Origin: Mizuhopecten yessoensis
Taxonomy: Eukaryota
Reading direction: 5' to 3'
Assembly (NCBI RefSeq): GCF_002113885.1
Contig: NW_018480059.1
Coordinates: 302,295 to 366,294, forward strand
DNA: 64,000 nt
Shown: piece after piece, positions 37,301 through 49,700 of the stretch
Layout of the letters: every line of letters begins with the position of its first letter
Numbering within the stretch: position 1 is the first letter of the stretch
Program-made: the position numbers and the translations under genes
Notes under the pieces: model-generated
What the model saw: the letters and a program-made list of their open reading frames with translations, nothing else
What the model was told of the DNA's origin: nothing
Database searches by the model: none

Positions 37301-40300
37301 GATGCTTCAGGCTAAATATGGAACAAATCCTTTCATTCCTACAGAAGAAGAAGGATTTTAAAAAATTTGCTATATTTCCCCTATTGGCCCCCGCCCCTCA
37401 GGCCACTGGGGGCCTGACCGACAGTTTATACAAAATTGAGTCCCGCTGGCCCAAGGATGCTCCAGACTAAATTAGGATAAAATCCCTTAATCCCTTAATT
37501 CCTATGGTAGAAGAAGGATTTTAAAGGGTTTTACCTCTATTTCCCCTATTGGGCCCCGCCCCTCAGGCCACTGGGGGCCTGACCAACAGTTTATACAAAA
37601 TTGAGTCCCACTGGCCCAAGGATGCTCCAGACTAAATTAGGATAAAATCCCTTAATCCCTACGGTAGAAGAAGGATTTTAAAGGTTTTACCTCTATTGCT
37701 ATAGGGCCCCGCCCTCTGCCCCAAGGGGGGGGGGGCCACCCACCATTTATAAAAAATTGAGTCATCTTGACCTTAGGATGCTCCAGACCAAATTTAGTCA
37801 AAATTTATTTGGCCGTTCAGGACTAGTAGTGTTTTAAAGGAAAAGTTGACAGACGGACGCTGCGGTATGGCATAAGCTCACCATGGTCCTTTGGACCAGG
37901 TGAGCTAAAAAATGATATCATAAAACATGTAGAGATTTTGTGTTGATATTTATGGTAAATGTTCAAATTCCTCAACAGTGACTTACGAGTAGTTGGGATG
38001 GACTGCATGAGCTTGGTCTACGCTCAGCATGTAGGACTTGGGCATTGACTCTTCAAAGGCTGTGCTGCTCCCCCCGGCACTCAGGCGGCGGAGGACAAGC
38101 TCCTGCAGGGTGGATGCTGCACCCTGGGCACTCTGGGAGCCCACCTAAAAATAAGAAAGGCATTGCCAAGTTATAAATAGATATCAGTTTTCTACTACAG
38201 CTTGTGGTGTAACTGTAAAATTGGGAGCGATATTCCTCAATCAATGAAGCTTCAGATATATATTTCAGAATGTGCTCTCAAGCTGGTTAAGTAAATTAAA
38301 TGTGAAACTTAAGAAGTTGGAAATGATATAGACTTAACACTCAATAGCTATGGAAGAATGTTTAGTTTGGTGGCCTGTAAGCACAATTTTATGAGGTAAA
38401 GAGCATCTTGACTCTACCAACACCTGACTTTAAGGACATCCTGTCTCATCAAACAAGATTATACTGTTTATGCAAAAGACATGAAATTTGGGTCAATGTG
38501 CTATTTTTAACAATAACTGAAAGTGGATAAAAACCATTGTTATAATGCTCCTTATTAAATGTTAGGCCTGCCTTGGGCCTGCCTTCCACTAGTCATACTA
38601 TTGTAGGAGTGATGTGAGCATCTTACCTCTTCATTGTCAAACAGACAGATGAGGCGGATGTTTGGGTCTTGACTCAGGCTGTTTCCCTTGCATGACTCAA
38701 TCAAAGCCTAAAAATGAGTAATAACAGCTGAAAATTATGTAATACATGTACAAATAACATTGTATATACATCCAATAATGCTTAATTTGTTTTTAATAAA
38801 ATACAGTTCAACCACAGCCACACAATGCTGGACTGAGGGGGATTGGGAGAAGGAAAATGTTCATAAATTAGCAATTCAGAAAAACACTAATCTTTGAAGT
38901 TCAGAAGTTTTGGATATTATTACCTCAGTGGCACAGTATGCATTCAGAAGATTATCCAGTCTAGGTGCAAAAATGAACTCTTCAAGGATTCCACCGATAG
39001 CCTGTGAAAATGAGCATTATATGATTTAAAACCTTACCATTGTACTTGTTTTAGGAAGAAATATACATACTCCTTGCTTTATCTTGCTTTGAACACAATT
39101 TATGTAATTCCTGTTTATATTAGCTATTCACTGGTACATGTACAATGAAAACAAAATATATACATAGATGTGTAACAATTCTTTAATTTCATTATTTTTC
39201 ACATACATTGCAAAAGCTAAATTAAGAAAAACAAGAGGCCCATGGGCCTTAACGGTCACCTGAGTCTACAGTATTTATTTTTGTTGTTGAAATATGTNAC
39301 AGATTGGTAATAACCAACATTTATTATTTCAAATAAATAATAACTGTATGCAAGTTTATCATAAGCTTACATAGTTATATACATTTTCTGAATAATATTG
39401 ATGAGATGATCATCATTTCTGGCTGTTCTATAACATGTAACTTACAGCTGGTTGTGTGTCGGCAAGGCAGAGCTCAAAATCCAACATTTGTTCTGGCTGG
39501 ATCCTGAGTTCATCACAGATCAATTTTACGAGTAATGGCTGGTGTTTAAGGCACTGTTCAACACAAATAACAGAAACTTGCTGTTCTAAGTACCTGTATA
39601 TTGTTTCATTGTATCTTTATCAGGCAGATGAGAATAATGTAAAAAGCCAACATTTTTTTATCCGCTTTATTTTTCTTCTTCGTCACCTTTGAAACGAAAA
39701 TGAATTTAACAACAGTTCAGAAACTGATAAGGTAATGTATCGAGAGGTTGAATGACTTTTACAGTAAATAAATAAGCTGTGTATCACACAACAATACCAC
39801 AATACAAATATATCATCCTACATAGTCTTAAACTTTGCTCTGTTTCATAGTCAATACTGTTGGATTAGATTACTTTGATTTTTTTTATTACTTTAAAATT
39901 ACGGCCTAGAATTCTACCAAATTATGTGACCTCAAAAAAATACATGGTAATTTGTTGAGTTGATGCTTATGCTGAAGATTTTCTGTGATATCATCAAACA
40001 ACGTATGTGGGAGGAGTCAGTAATCCATGTCAATTTTAAGTCATACAGTATGTTATATACAATATCGTTGGACTTGCTGTATGTTTATTTACGCTATATT
40101 TATTTTATGATATCAAAGCATGAAATTACCCACTTAAATTACTATCATGAATTGAATAGCTAACGTAATAACAATTAATTGCATCTATGTACCTGCGAAC
40201 GTTCTAGCACCGTTAAATAAGCTGTAAAACTTTAGCCCTGTAAAATTCAACAGTTACAGAGTAACAATGATATAATACCTCTCATTTCATTTGCCACGAT

Positions 40301-43300
40301 TTGCAGGATTCTCTTACCTTATTTCTGATTACCTGACTAACATATATATCATTATGTAATGTCAAACTCACTCATAACAACAATGATAAATAATGATAAT
40401 TTGAGGTTCTTATATACCGCTATACCAAAACCTTGTTCGTAGATCGTCTCAAAGCGGCTCACAATTTATTGTCCGTGGTTATAAGGCCTTTGCAACCAGC
40501 CAATATCTTTCTCAACTCCCTGGGGAGCATACAGCCGGTCCTGCTATTTCGGCGCTCACAGCTAGCATTCAACAATTCAAGCACTGCCCTACCACATACT
40601 CATTATCAGCTGAGTAGACTGGAACAAGCAGAGTAAAGTATCTTGTTCAAAGATACAACACAGTGTCGTGGCGTGACTCAAACCTGCAACCCTTTGGTCA
40701 CAAGCCTTGCATCCTACCACTAGACTACTGTCATAACAGATGACAAAGTTACGTTACAAAAATGGTGACAGTTTAATTAGCTTTTACTGTATACAGTACT
40801 AAAAAACCGTCTTTTGAAAGAGGTGGTCTCTCAATACAGACTTTACTGTACACAAGAGAGTATGTACCTGAGGAGTGAAGTCTGGAACATCCGACTGAGG
40901 TATCCCAGTATCCCCTTGGAGCTCTGCCTGTACAGCTGTAGCCAGGACTGGACACCTACATAAGAAATTTCACTACTTAAGTAAGAGAAACATCAGATAA
41001 TTAATGAGAAACAAGGCAAAGTACTGTCAGCAATATACAGTCTCCTACCTCGGGACAAACTTGGGTATCAAAAATAAACAAAGGGCAATAACCATGTATG
41101 TAGTGGGGCACAAGACTTGAAGATCGAATTTCAGTAAACTCTGCCATCCAAAGATGTACTTGCACATACATTTTGGAAAGTCTTCATTGAGTAAAAAACC
41201 AACACAAACAGATACAGCAACATATTTTTGGATGTTGTATTTGTAGGAAAACTTGCTTTCTTTTATATTAATAACATGTATTATTGTTTCACATTATCAG
41301 GGAAAAATTTAATCTGAAACATCTAACTAAAGCAGAGATGCATGTATTTCTATAATTCAGTTTCGTTTGAGTATAGAGTCTTATCCCATTATGTAAGGAT
41401 CATTTAATGAAAATCTGATTTAACTCCACTATTAATTTACAGAGATGTTAATTGTTTGAAGGTTTTGCCATTAGTCCCTCTATGAGCCCCTTGGACAGCC
41501 TCTTTTTGAGTATAAATTCTGATCTTCATCACCTTTGGATGATTATTTAAAAAATATGTGAAACTCCATTGGAAAGTTTGAGAGGAAATATTTTGTGAAG
41601 GTTTTGGTTATGGTTCTGCCCTCAGACCCCCTTTGAGCACCTTGGAGTCAGCCTCTTTATGAGTGTAAAATCTGATCTCTACCATAAGCTGATGATTACC
41701 ATGAAGTTTGATCAAATTCTGACAGACAGTTTCTGAGGAGAAGTTGAATGTACGGTTGTTTATGGACAATGCATCATGATGGAAAAAGGCAATCATGATA
41801 AGTAATCTGAGTAACTACGGTGACCTAAAACTGTCATACACTTTCAGTTCACGGAGTCTCTAGAGTGACATTTCTAATGCTACAAAAGTTTGGAGATATA
41901 TTTTCAATAACTCTGTTTATATAATATCATTTTAGATGATTTAAAATTTTACTCAACATCTATACTGCTTTAGATAGGATAACAGCATTTTGCATAAACC
42001 TGTTAGTTTTCACATAGATTTGAAATATCAGTCAAGGAAAATATGGTCCTCTTGTTCAGGTTTGTAAATCTTGCAAACAGCCCTCAAGCGCAAAGATAGA
42101 AGTCAACAATAATCCTATGTCTTATGTATCTCTTACACAAATATGCATTTGAATGCTTTCCCATGAAAAAGATAGATCTCCACAGTCACTTTAGATCACT
42201 TTTGAAAAACATTTACATTTTGCCCACTACACATTGGTTTCTGTATAAACATAAACAAAACTCTATAACCAAGTCAGCCTTAATATGGACAATATTTACC
42301 TAGTTTTTCTGCTGTACTCAAAGTCACATTACTTACACATGGGATTCCTTATTGGGGCCAAACTTCTCATTATGGTCCCTCATCAGGTGGATACAGATGT
42401 TGGGCACACGTAAGATTGGACGCTCAATATGGATAAGTCGGTGATCAACCTTGTCCTTGTTCTATCAAAATATAAAATCATCTTCAAACACCCTGTCTTC
42501 ATATATATATATATATTAATATTGAAAATTTTGAAATCTTGTATAAACACATAGAGGCTACCACCCAACATTGTGTCAATGTAATTGTATATCAGTCAAA
42601 AGTGGAAGAGTTTACTCTGGCAGCCGGATCACAACAGATGCTGCATCATTGTAAAGCTTCCTGCAGGCATTTCTTTTCAGGAGAGATAAATAACTACAGT
42701 AGGTTTACGTAAGAAAAACTTACCCTGACAAGCACACGTCCAGCAACGGTCAAGTCTCGGTCAAACCAAGTGTGCCAGATACCTCCTCCGTAACACTCAA
42801 CACCAACCATCTGGTATCCAGACTTGTTCTTCTTAGAATCTGGTTTTACCTGATAACAAGACAACAATAGAATTCATTCCTCTGTTTGTCCTAGTCACAG
42901 TGTTTTATCAGCTAAATTTGGGAAAGGTTACCAGTAGTTTAATACTGTACTTGAAATCAGTAGCGTTATTTCAAACGGTATCAGAGAAGTTACAGTCAAC
43001 AGGCAGATTTTGAAAAATTCCAACAGCTCACCTACATTTTCAATGTAAATAAATATGTCAAAAATGTTCACCTATCCTGACATAAATTCTACTAGCTCCA
43101 GGTGTCAGGCTACCAGAATTGTACAGCCATGAAGTATTCTTCATATCAAGATATACAATAGATTCTGTTTGAATGTTTTGTTTTCAATAGGAATGAGGAT
43201 GATATATTTACAAAATCTTGGGACCATGAAGGGTCTAGGGCAACATGGGTATCTTAAATTGATATGGTACATAACATTTGAAGGAATTTAATACAAATAC

Positions 43301-44742
43301 TTCTAGGAATTGGTCTATTGAAAAAGATGAAAACTTATGTTTTCAAAGAATCCATGTTTAAAATAAATATATTCATCAATCTGCATTTAATACCTTCAGA
43401 CATGGACTATCTGTGTGAGCTCCAACTACACTGAATCCATTGCCTGGCTTAAACTGTCCACCCACAGCAAACGCAATGATGGTCGACTTGTTCCTGGTAA
43501 GGAAATACTGCAAAACAAGTTCATATTCAATAAAGAAATGACCACAATACAACATGATTCTGACCCACAAGATTGTCACCAAGACATCTATCAAATATCT
43601 TTTGTGATGATGAATATAATTAGTTAGGCCTCGTTGATTTTAAATTGTTGACTTAATTAAAGGTCTGGATTAAATGCAGTGATAATGCTCATGTAAATCT
43701 GAATTATTACTTGGTAGGTTATGCTAAGTAATTTTTATTTTTAAAAGGAACTATTTACTTAAGCACAAACTATAGGTATAATGTACAAGGTATCCTGTAT
43801 CCTAAAATCAAATCCCCGTTTACTAAACAATATGTGGCCTACTGATGAGGACACAGTACCGGTAGTCCTTATTCTCATATTTCCTTGATTTACAAAAGAT
43901 ATAACTGTATGAAACAACATCACTGTTCCTCTTTCTCTTACTGAATGTTAAACAACAGTGTCCCTTGGGTTAGTCAAAATGTCTATAATACCTAGAAACT
44001 TGCGATCTATAGGCATATTTAATACTGGTAAGACTTAAACAACATTACCAGGTACTATTTCAAAGTATGCCTTCTCACCTTTTGCTGTGGTTTAATGTCC
44101 CATGCCTGAGTCTCATGCAGTTCTTGGAAGCCAGAACTCAGCAGCATTTTAGAAACCTCATCTACAGCTGTTGACACAAAATAAGGCAGTAAGGCAAGTT
44201 CTATGAAGACATCATTCAAGTATTTATATACTTTAACTAAATGTATGTGCTACAAAAATAATTAACAACTTATCATCAAGAATTTAATACTTAATACTTG
44301 TAGTACAACAAATGTTTATTAATATGTGTAAAAGGGATGGATTGCCCTGAATTTTTTTCTTTGTCGGCACTGTTGCTTTTACTTCCTTGCCAATATATCT
44401 ATTTACCTCATTCACCCCTGAAGACACATTTGAACTCCTCCAATTGAAAGGTTGGAATAGTTCATTATGAAATTTCAGGGGTGAACGAGTTAAGTAATAT
44501 GCATCCAACGAACATTTGTTTGTTCGGTTCCAGTCCCCATATTGGATCATACTATCATAATAACTTATGAGACCTATATATATGAAGTATATACATACAC
44601 ATAAACAAACATAATACCTTGCAAGATAAAGACAAATCCAAACTATATTTCCTAATTATTTACCATGAAATGGAGATGGACTTTTGTTGATGTAGGAGAT
44701 GAATTGCTTGGCTGCACCCAGAACGGTTTCCTTGGAGGCTGC
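31309..44742 (-). CDS. DNPEP: Aspartyl aminopeptidase (M18 family)
   Basis: Phase-consistent exons: 44742-44664, 44167-44079, 43507-43394, 42849-42724, 42461-42337, 40955-40868, 39553-39446, 39001-38924, 38707-38627, 38144-37987, 36704-36665, 35895-35794, 34484-34317, 31356-31309 (TAA). Motifs [66 protein letters not shown]. The start exon is uncertain. Confidence 0.95.
31392..33364. mobile_element. Helentron/Pearl-like non-autonomous element carrying an internal 147-158-bp satellite array
   Basis: AACAAGAG start, GGAC microsatellite, terminal hairpin CCCGTC-AAATTT-GATGGG and A-run; tandem units anchored at 32027, 32183, 32340, 32487, 32645, 32792, 32948. Confidence 0.7.
33959..34099. mobile_element. 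Palindromic foldback repeat centred on GGGCCGAAGGCCC
   Basis: TTTTTCCATATCACACC...GGTGTGATATGGAAAAA arms, about 65 bp each. Confidence 0.6.
34780..35136. mobile_element. MITE with 9-bp TSD (Mutator-like by TSD length)
   Basis: TIRs CATCCTC.../...GAGGATG; flanks GTAGTGCCT (34771-34779) and GTAGTACCT (35137-35145). Confidence 0.75.
36913..37910. mobile_element. Helentron/Pearl-like satellite-carrying MITE
   Basis: AACAAGAGGCCC...GCTCACCTG start; GCTCACCATGGTCC-TTT-GGACCAGGTGAGC terminal hairpin; about 160-bp internal repeats of the same family as the 32-kb array; inserted in an A-run. Confidence 0.8.
40385..40731 (-). mobile_element. tRNA-derived SINE
   Basis: On -: A box TAGTCTAGTGG, B-box-like GGTTTGAGTC, GTATCTTTGAACAAGATACT core, CGCTTTGAG...GCGGTATATAAG LINE2-like tail, then (ATT)n. 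Confidence 0.7.
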
Positions 44743-45590
44743 CTGCAAAAGCCACTCAGGAATTAATTATGTGGTTGCCAAACTTTTTACCATCTGCTTC
44801 ATCAGAGATTATCCTATTGTACTCATGAAAGAGTAATACCAGGACCCATTTATTCAAAGTCTTATTAGCTTATCGATTCATTCAAAATGTGTTTGTACTT
44901 TTATTTGCCTTTTTTTATGTAAAAGGAGTGGCTATTATCTGCCACAAATATAATTGATCTTTCTGTATCTTCCCAAATGTTATTTGAGTTTTTTAATTTC
45001 AAATTTTTTAAACAATCTTCAAGACAATTTTTGTGTGCACAACTGAACAGGCTTTGATTGATTGTATTGATCGACTTTAATATCTTGTAAAAGAGGAAAT
45101 AAAGAATGTACTATATATATCAGAACAAAAATCTGCCACATTCACTACCGAATCACCATTTTTTAATGTGTTCGCCCTTGAACACCACTGCAACCCAAGT
45201 TCTAACTTTCTGACACCATAGAGAGGGCCAGGCCACCGACACCATTTGAAACAGGTATGAGAGTACATGTATAAAGTTTTCCCCCAGCTTTCCGCAATTC
45301 ATTCAGTATTGTGTGGGCAATTCCCTCCAACATGAAGCTAGAAGTTGACCATAATCTCATGTACACTAAAAATCTGTCACATTTGAACATGGCCGGGAAA
45401 TGAAATGAAAGAAATTTTGTTTTATTTTTGCAATAGTAAGCCTATTAGACATGCTTTTTGAATCACACACATAAGTCTATAGCCCAGGTTTCCTCTGGCT
45501 CTTAACACCAGAGACATTTTGACAGATAGATGTCTGTGTAAAAGATGTGGATTCATTAGGTTGCCTTACAAGCGTCAGCTGTAGGGAATT

Positions 45591-45660
45591 TCCCTTTAGC
45601 TCAGCGGTAGAGCATCGGGCTGGAAAGCCAATGGTTGCGGGTTCGAGCCCCAGCGACGGC
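45591..45660 (+). pseudogene. tRNA-like sequence (SINE head or tRNA pseudogene)
   Basis: TAGCTCAGCGGTAGAGC D-arm and GGTTCGAGCCC T-arm, but no pairing acceptor stem. Confidence 0.55.
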
Positions 45661-45671
45661 ACTATCTTTAT

Positions 45672-46134
45672 CAGGTTTGGCACAACGGCGCATATGGGTA
45701 ATAATCCTGCATTTGGGTAACATCTTTGTATGTCATGGTTGAATGCACTTCAAATCTACTTTCACTATCCTATATAAAAAATCAAAATTTTGTACTTCAC
45801 TTACGTTATTGAAAATCGCCATATCTATTGGTTATTACAAACAACTTTTGGTTGAACAGTTTTCGGTTTTGAAAGTATTTCACGACCTTTGAAGCCTTAG
45901 AAAAGTCGGGACATCTTAAATCACGAAAATGTCAAAACACGAAAAAACGTTCAACCAAAAGTTTGTTTATAATAACCATATAAATAGCGATTTTTAATAA
46001 AGATAGTGAAGTACAAAATTTTGATTTTTTATATAGGATAGTGAAAGTAGATTCGAAGTGCATTTAACCATAACATACAAAGATGTTACCCAAATGCAGG
46101 ATTATTACCCATATGCGCCGTTGTGCCCAACCTG
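45672..46134. mobile_element. Foldback MITE, arms about 200 bp, 5-bp TSD TTTAT
   Basis: CAGGTTTGGCACAACGGCGCATATGGG... and ...CCCATATGCGCCGTTGTGCCCAACCTG; TTTAT at 45667-45671 and 46135-46139. Confidence 0.85.
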
Positions 46135-46756
46135 TTTATCACTATTCCTCGTCCTACTACATCTGCGGTGTCACTACAGACTAGTCGTAGACACCTTGCA
46201 GACATACTCGGGCTAATAGGCCTACTGTAAAGTACAGTACAGATGCCTGTCATGATTTCTTTGAAAATTTCTTCTGGATAAGTGTTCCTACGAAATGGAC
46301 CTGCAGTGATAAAGGTTTTGTAATGAAAATAAGTGCGGTAAAAAGAAAATAGGCGTTTCAAAATAACTTCGCCGACAATGTTGCTATGGTCTCGATAATA
46401 GACGCCGGTAAACACGGTCATGTGACCGAGATTGACATTGACAATGGATTTGCAGCAAGCACTAGCACAAGGGATATCATGTTTGAAAACAATCAGAATA
46501 TTATCTGTGAAATCAAAATAAATGTTGAGTGTGTGCGGTACCGCATTAACAACCTGACAAGATATTTACATTAAGATATTTGTTTAAGTTGAAATTGAAA
46601 GTACACACCATTTTCGTTGATCACTCTGAACGATCACTCTTCTCTTGTGGAGATAAATTTCTTGGAAACTGAGACTAGCGTCCTTCAAACGTTTCAATCG
46701 GAGGCATTTATAATAGGGCCTTTAAAACGTTTTGGAGACATATTTAAAGTTTGAAG

Positions 46757-49700
46757 ATGGCGCTCAAATTGATTTGCGGTCAGAGTTCAAGGGGCTCTCG
46801 TCCTGGGATGTCTGTAATGTTCGTAGTGTGGACGGGATTTTTGTTCTTGATTACTGTATCAGAATCAGACCAATATACAGAAGAGAAATGTAAGATTGAA
46901 TTGGATGAAACAGTAGGAAACTATATAACGCAGGCCTATCGTATAGTAACCACAGACCTACGTACTTTACTAAAGCTAGCGATAAGCAGGAACCAAATAA
47001 CTACGAAGCGATCACATTTACCAGTTACTCTGGGTAAACTTTCTAGATAAGTTTTTTATTGAAGATCGGATAACTTTTTTAAAGTGAATTAACGTTCGGT
47101 TATGAATGATGTATAAAATCATCTAATGATGTATATATACAATCAAATGAAAAGCACTAATGTTACTTGGCACAGATTCATGACAGTTAATCTGTATCTA
47201 CGGTGTAGGTTCCGGTTTTTGTACAACGGTAGAGAGAGAGCAGTTCATTTAGATTATTGGTGCGTTATAGCACTCTTAAAAGCCTCCCAGGTAGGGGTAC
47301 ATATTATATATATGGGGCAAAGAAGTAATTCCAACAGTGTGGACAAGTTTAGGTTGTCAAATTTTCGGAGCAATCCGCTCCTTTTTCAAGACACATTGAA
47401 ACAGAACAGTTACATTTACATCATATTACAAGAAGATAGAACTGATAAAGACATATATATATATATATACTAAGTCCTCCTCCATGGATATGACTGTACG
47501 TCATGTTTGAAAATGTGCTTTAATGACAGAAAACAGGGCAAGGATTGGGAATACTGTTATGCTAGTGATTATGTATCCAATTTTCAGCAAGCGCTGTACC
47601 CCATAAAAAAATAAAATAGGAATCAGTTAATTATTTTGGGCTAATTGACATAAGGACCCTACTTCCATTGGGCTGGTGTTGACTCTCCTCCCCTTGATAT
47701 GATTATGTAGAAGAACTGACGCTCGCCAAAAATGTAAAATTATTTGGGAAAAGATTATAGTGTTCGAGCATTCTGCTGATGTCGAGCAAGTCAAACCACT
47801 AAGGGATCATCTTTGATCATTATACCTCCCAGCATCAGAAGGTGCACTATGACTTCTCCAATCTCCATGATGACAAAATTTAATAGACTCCCTGAAGTAG
47901 TTACTATGGCCACATAACCTCATCAACCTGACCTCCCAAATAATGTACAACTTTGAGACGACCAATATACCTGGCGTCTGAAACCTTATGATATACTTTT
48001 CCTAGAGATGGACCCAACATTTTAAAAACTTGAGAATAATACCCCTGAATGGTTATAATTAACCCAAATGAAAAACAAGATAAACAAACTCTATCAAAGA
48101 TCATACATCATCTATTCAAAGACCTTATCTACTATAGAAATTACTTCTAAAGGCATACAAAAAACATTGCAAGGACTATCTATAACAATATATTTTTACA
48201 CAGAAAGCAGTCGAAAACCAATACTTGGACATATGATAAACACAAAAGGATATAAGTCATATTGGGGTTCCATCACTAAAACATCCTGTGAATTCCAGCT
48301 TATCTAGTTTGTTTATTACATCTCAATAGCTTTTGATGCTGTAAGCAAACAGATCAACTGACAATGGATTTTAAAATTAGCAAGGCACTTAACAAGGTAT
48401 TAGTCACCCTCTTTTAATTTACAAACTAATAAAAAAAACTCCAATATTTTAGGAAAAGAAACTAATGGATAAAGTGTTTCTTCACATTGTGAACACAAAC
48501 TTTCATGCAAGGGTCAACTATTACAGCATGTGTGGTCCCGACAATGATTATGAATGATGAATGTTGACAAATTAAATTTTACCCATCACCAATACTGTAG
48601 ACTAGAGTGTTTACTGTTACTGTTGTTTCAGGTTTCCATCTGACATTGGGATATAGAGAAGTAGTTTCATCCAACTTAACAGACAACAACAATAGTGACA
48701 GAGTTACCTCTCCATGGCGATGTTACTGCTATGAGGGACAAAGACAGTCATTGTACCTTCTCTGGTCAAATCCAGTGGTATGTAAAAAAGGAGTTAACAT
48801 CCACAGTTACCTGTCCTTCAGTCAGTATTCTATTGGTCATTCCTGGGTTTTCAGTAACGTGTGGTTTCTCTGAGTACTCATGATCTTCTCTCATATTAAG
48901 ACCCCCTGCATGATACCACTTGGGCCAACAAGAGTGAATGATATAAATTGAAAAAAAGTTGATCCACAATTGTTGTAAAATAAATAAAGTTCAATATTTT
49001 TGATATATAAGCAGTACACACAACCTGTGCAGCTGTACATGTAGTTATATCTATTTGACAGCTCAGATGTTGAGGCAAAACTCTGTACTGTATAATGTTG
49101 ATTTAACCAACTTTGTCAAAATAATATCTTTATCACTGTAAATATAGACCCATGGACTATTTATATACCATCTGCAAAATAGAGACTCAGACTATGTGAC
49201 CACTGTCATTAAGCAGCTATTTGTAAAACAGTATATCCAAATTCTAAATTCCCTTTACCTGTACAACAGTTGCAGAAGATAAGTTTGGTATCGGTAGGAC
49301 ATGCATGGAGTTAAAAAAACGTGTTTGACATCCATACATAAAGTATATTAATATTGAAAATGAGTTTCACAGATTGACAAAGTTAACTGATAAACATATT
49401 CATGTTTTAATAAGTTCATCTCATAGTGATCTCCAAAGTTGTTGTTTTATCAAATTGTGGAGCATTGTATAAAAATCACAGGGAATGATACTGAGGTTAT
49501 TACAGTGTTATTTATATCAGGAGATTTTTTGAGCTATTGTTTAGCATCTTACATCAAAACCACATGCATGCTTAATAGTGATGAAATTTGTTTCAAAAAT
49601 TGTTGTAAAATGTATAATTTTTCATAAATATGTGAAAGAAATCTGAATGTTCATTGTGTGTTACTACAGATCAAGCTTCAATTTGCTAACAACGTTGTAC

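Noticed and set aside
39230-41830. A Helentron-like element apparently enclosing two DNPEP exons
   Set aside because: An N at 39298 suggests an assembly join; the two ends are more simply separate fragments, and the exons are ordinary in-phase parts of DNPEP
45591-45660. Functional tRNA gene
   Set aside because: The acceptor stem does not pair and there is no clear poly-T terminator; more likely repeat-derived
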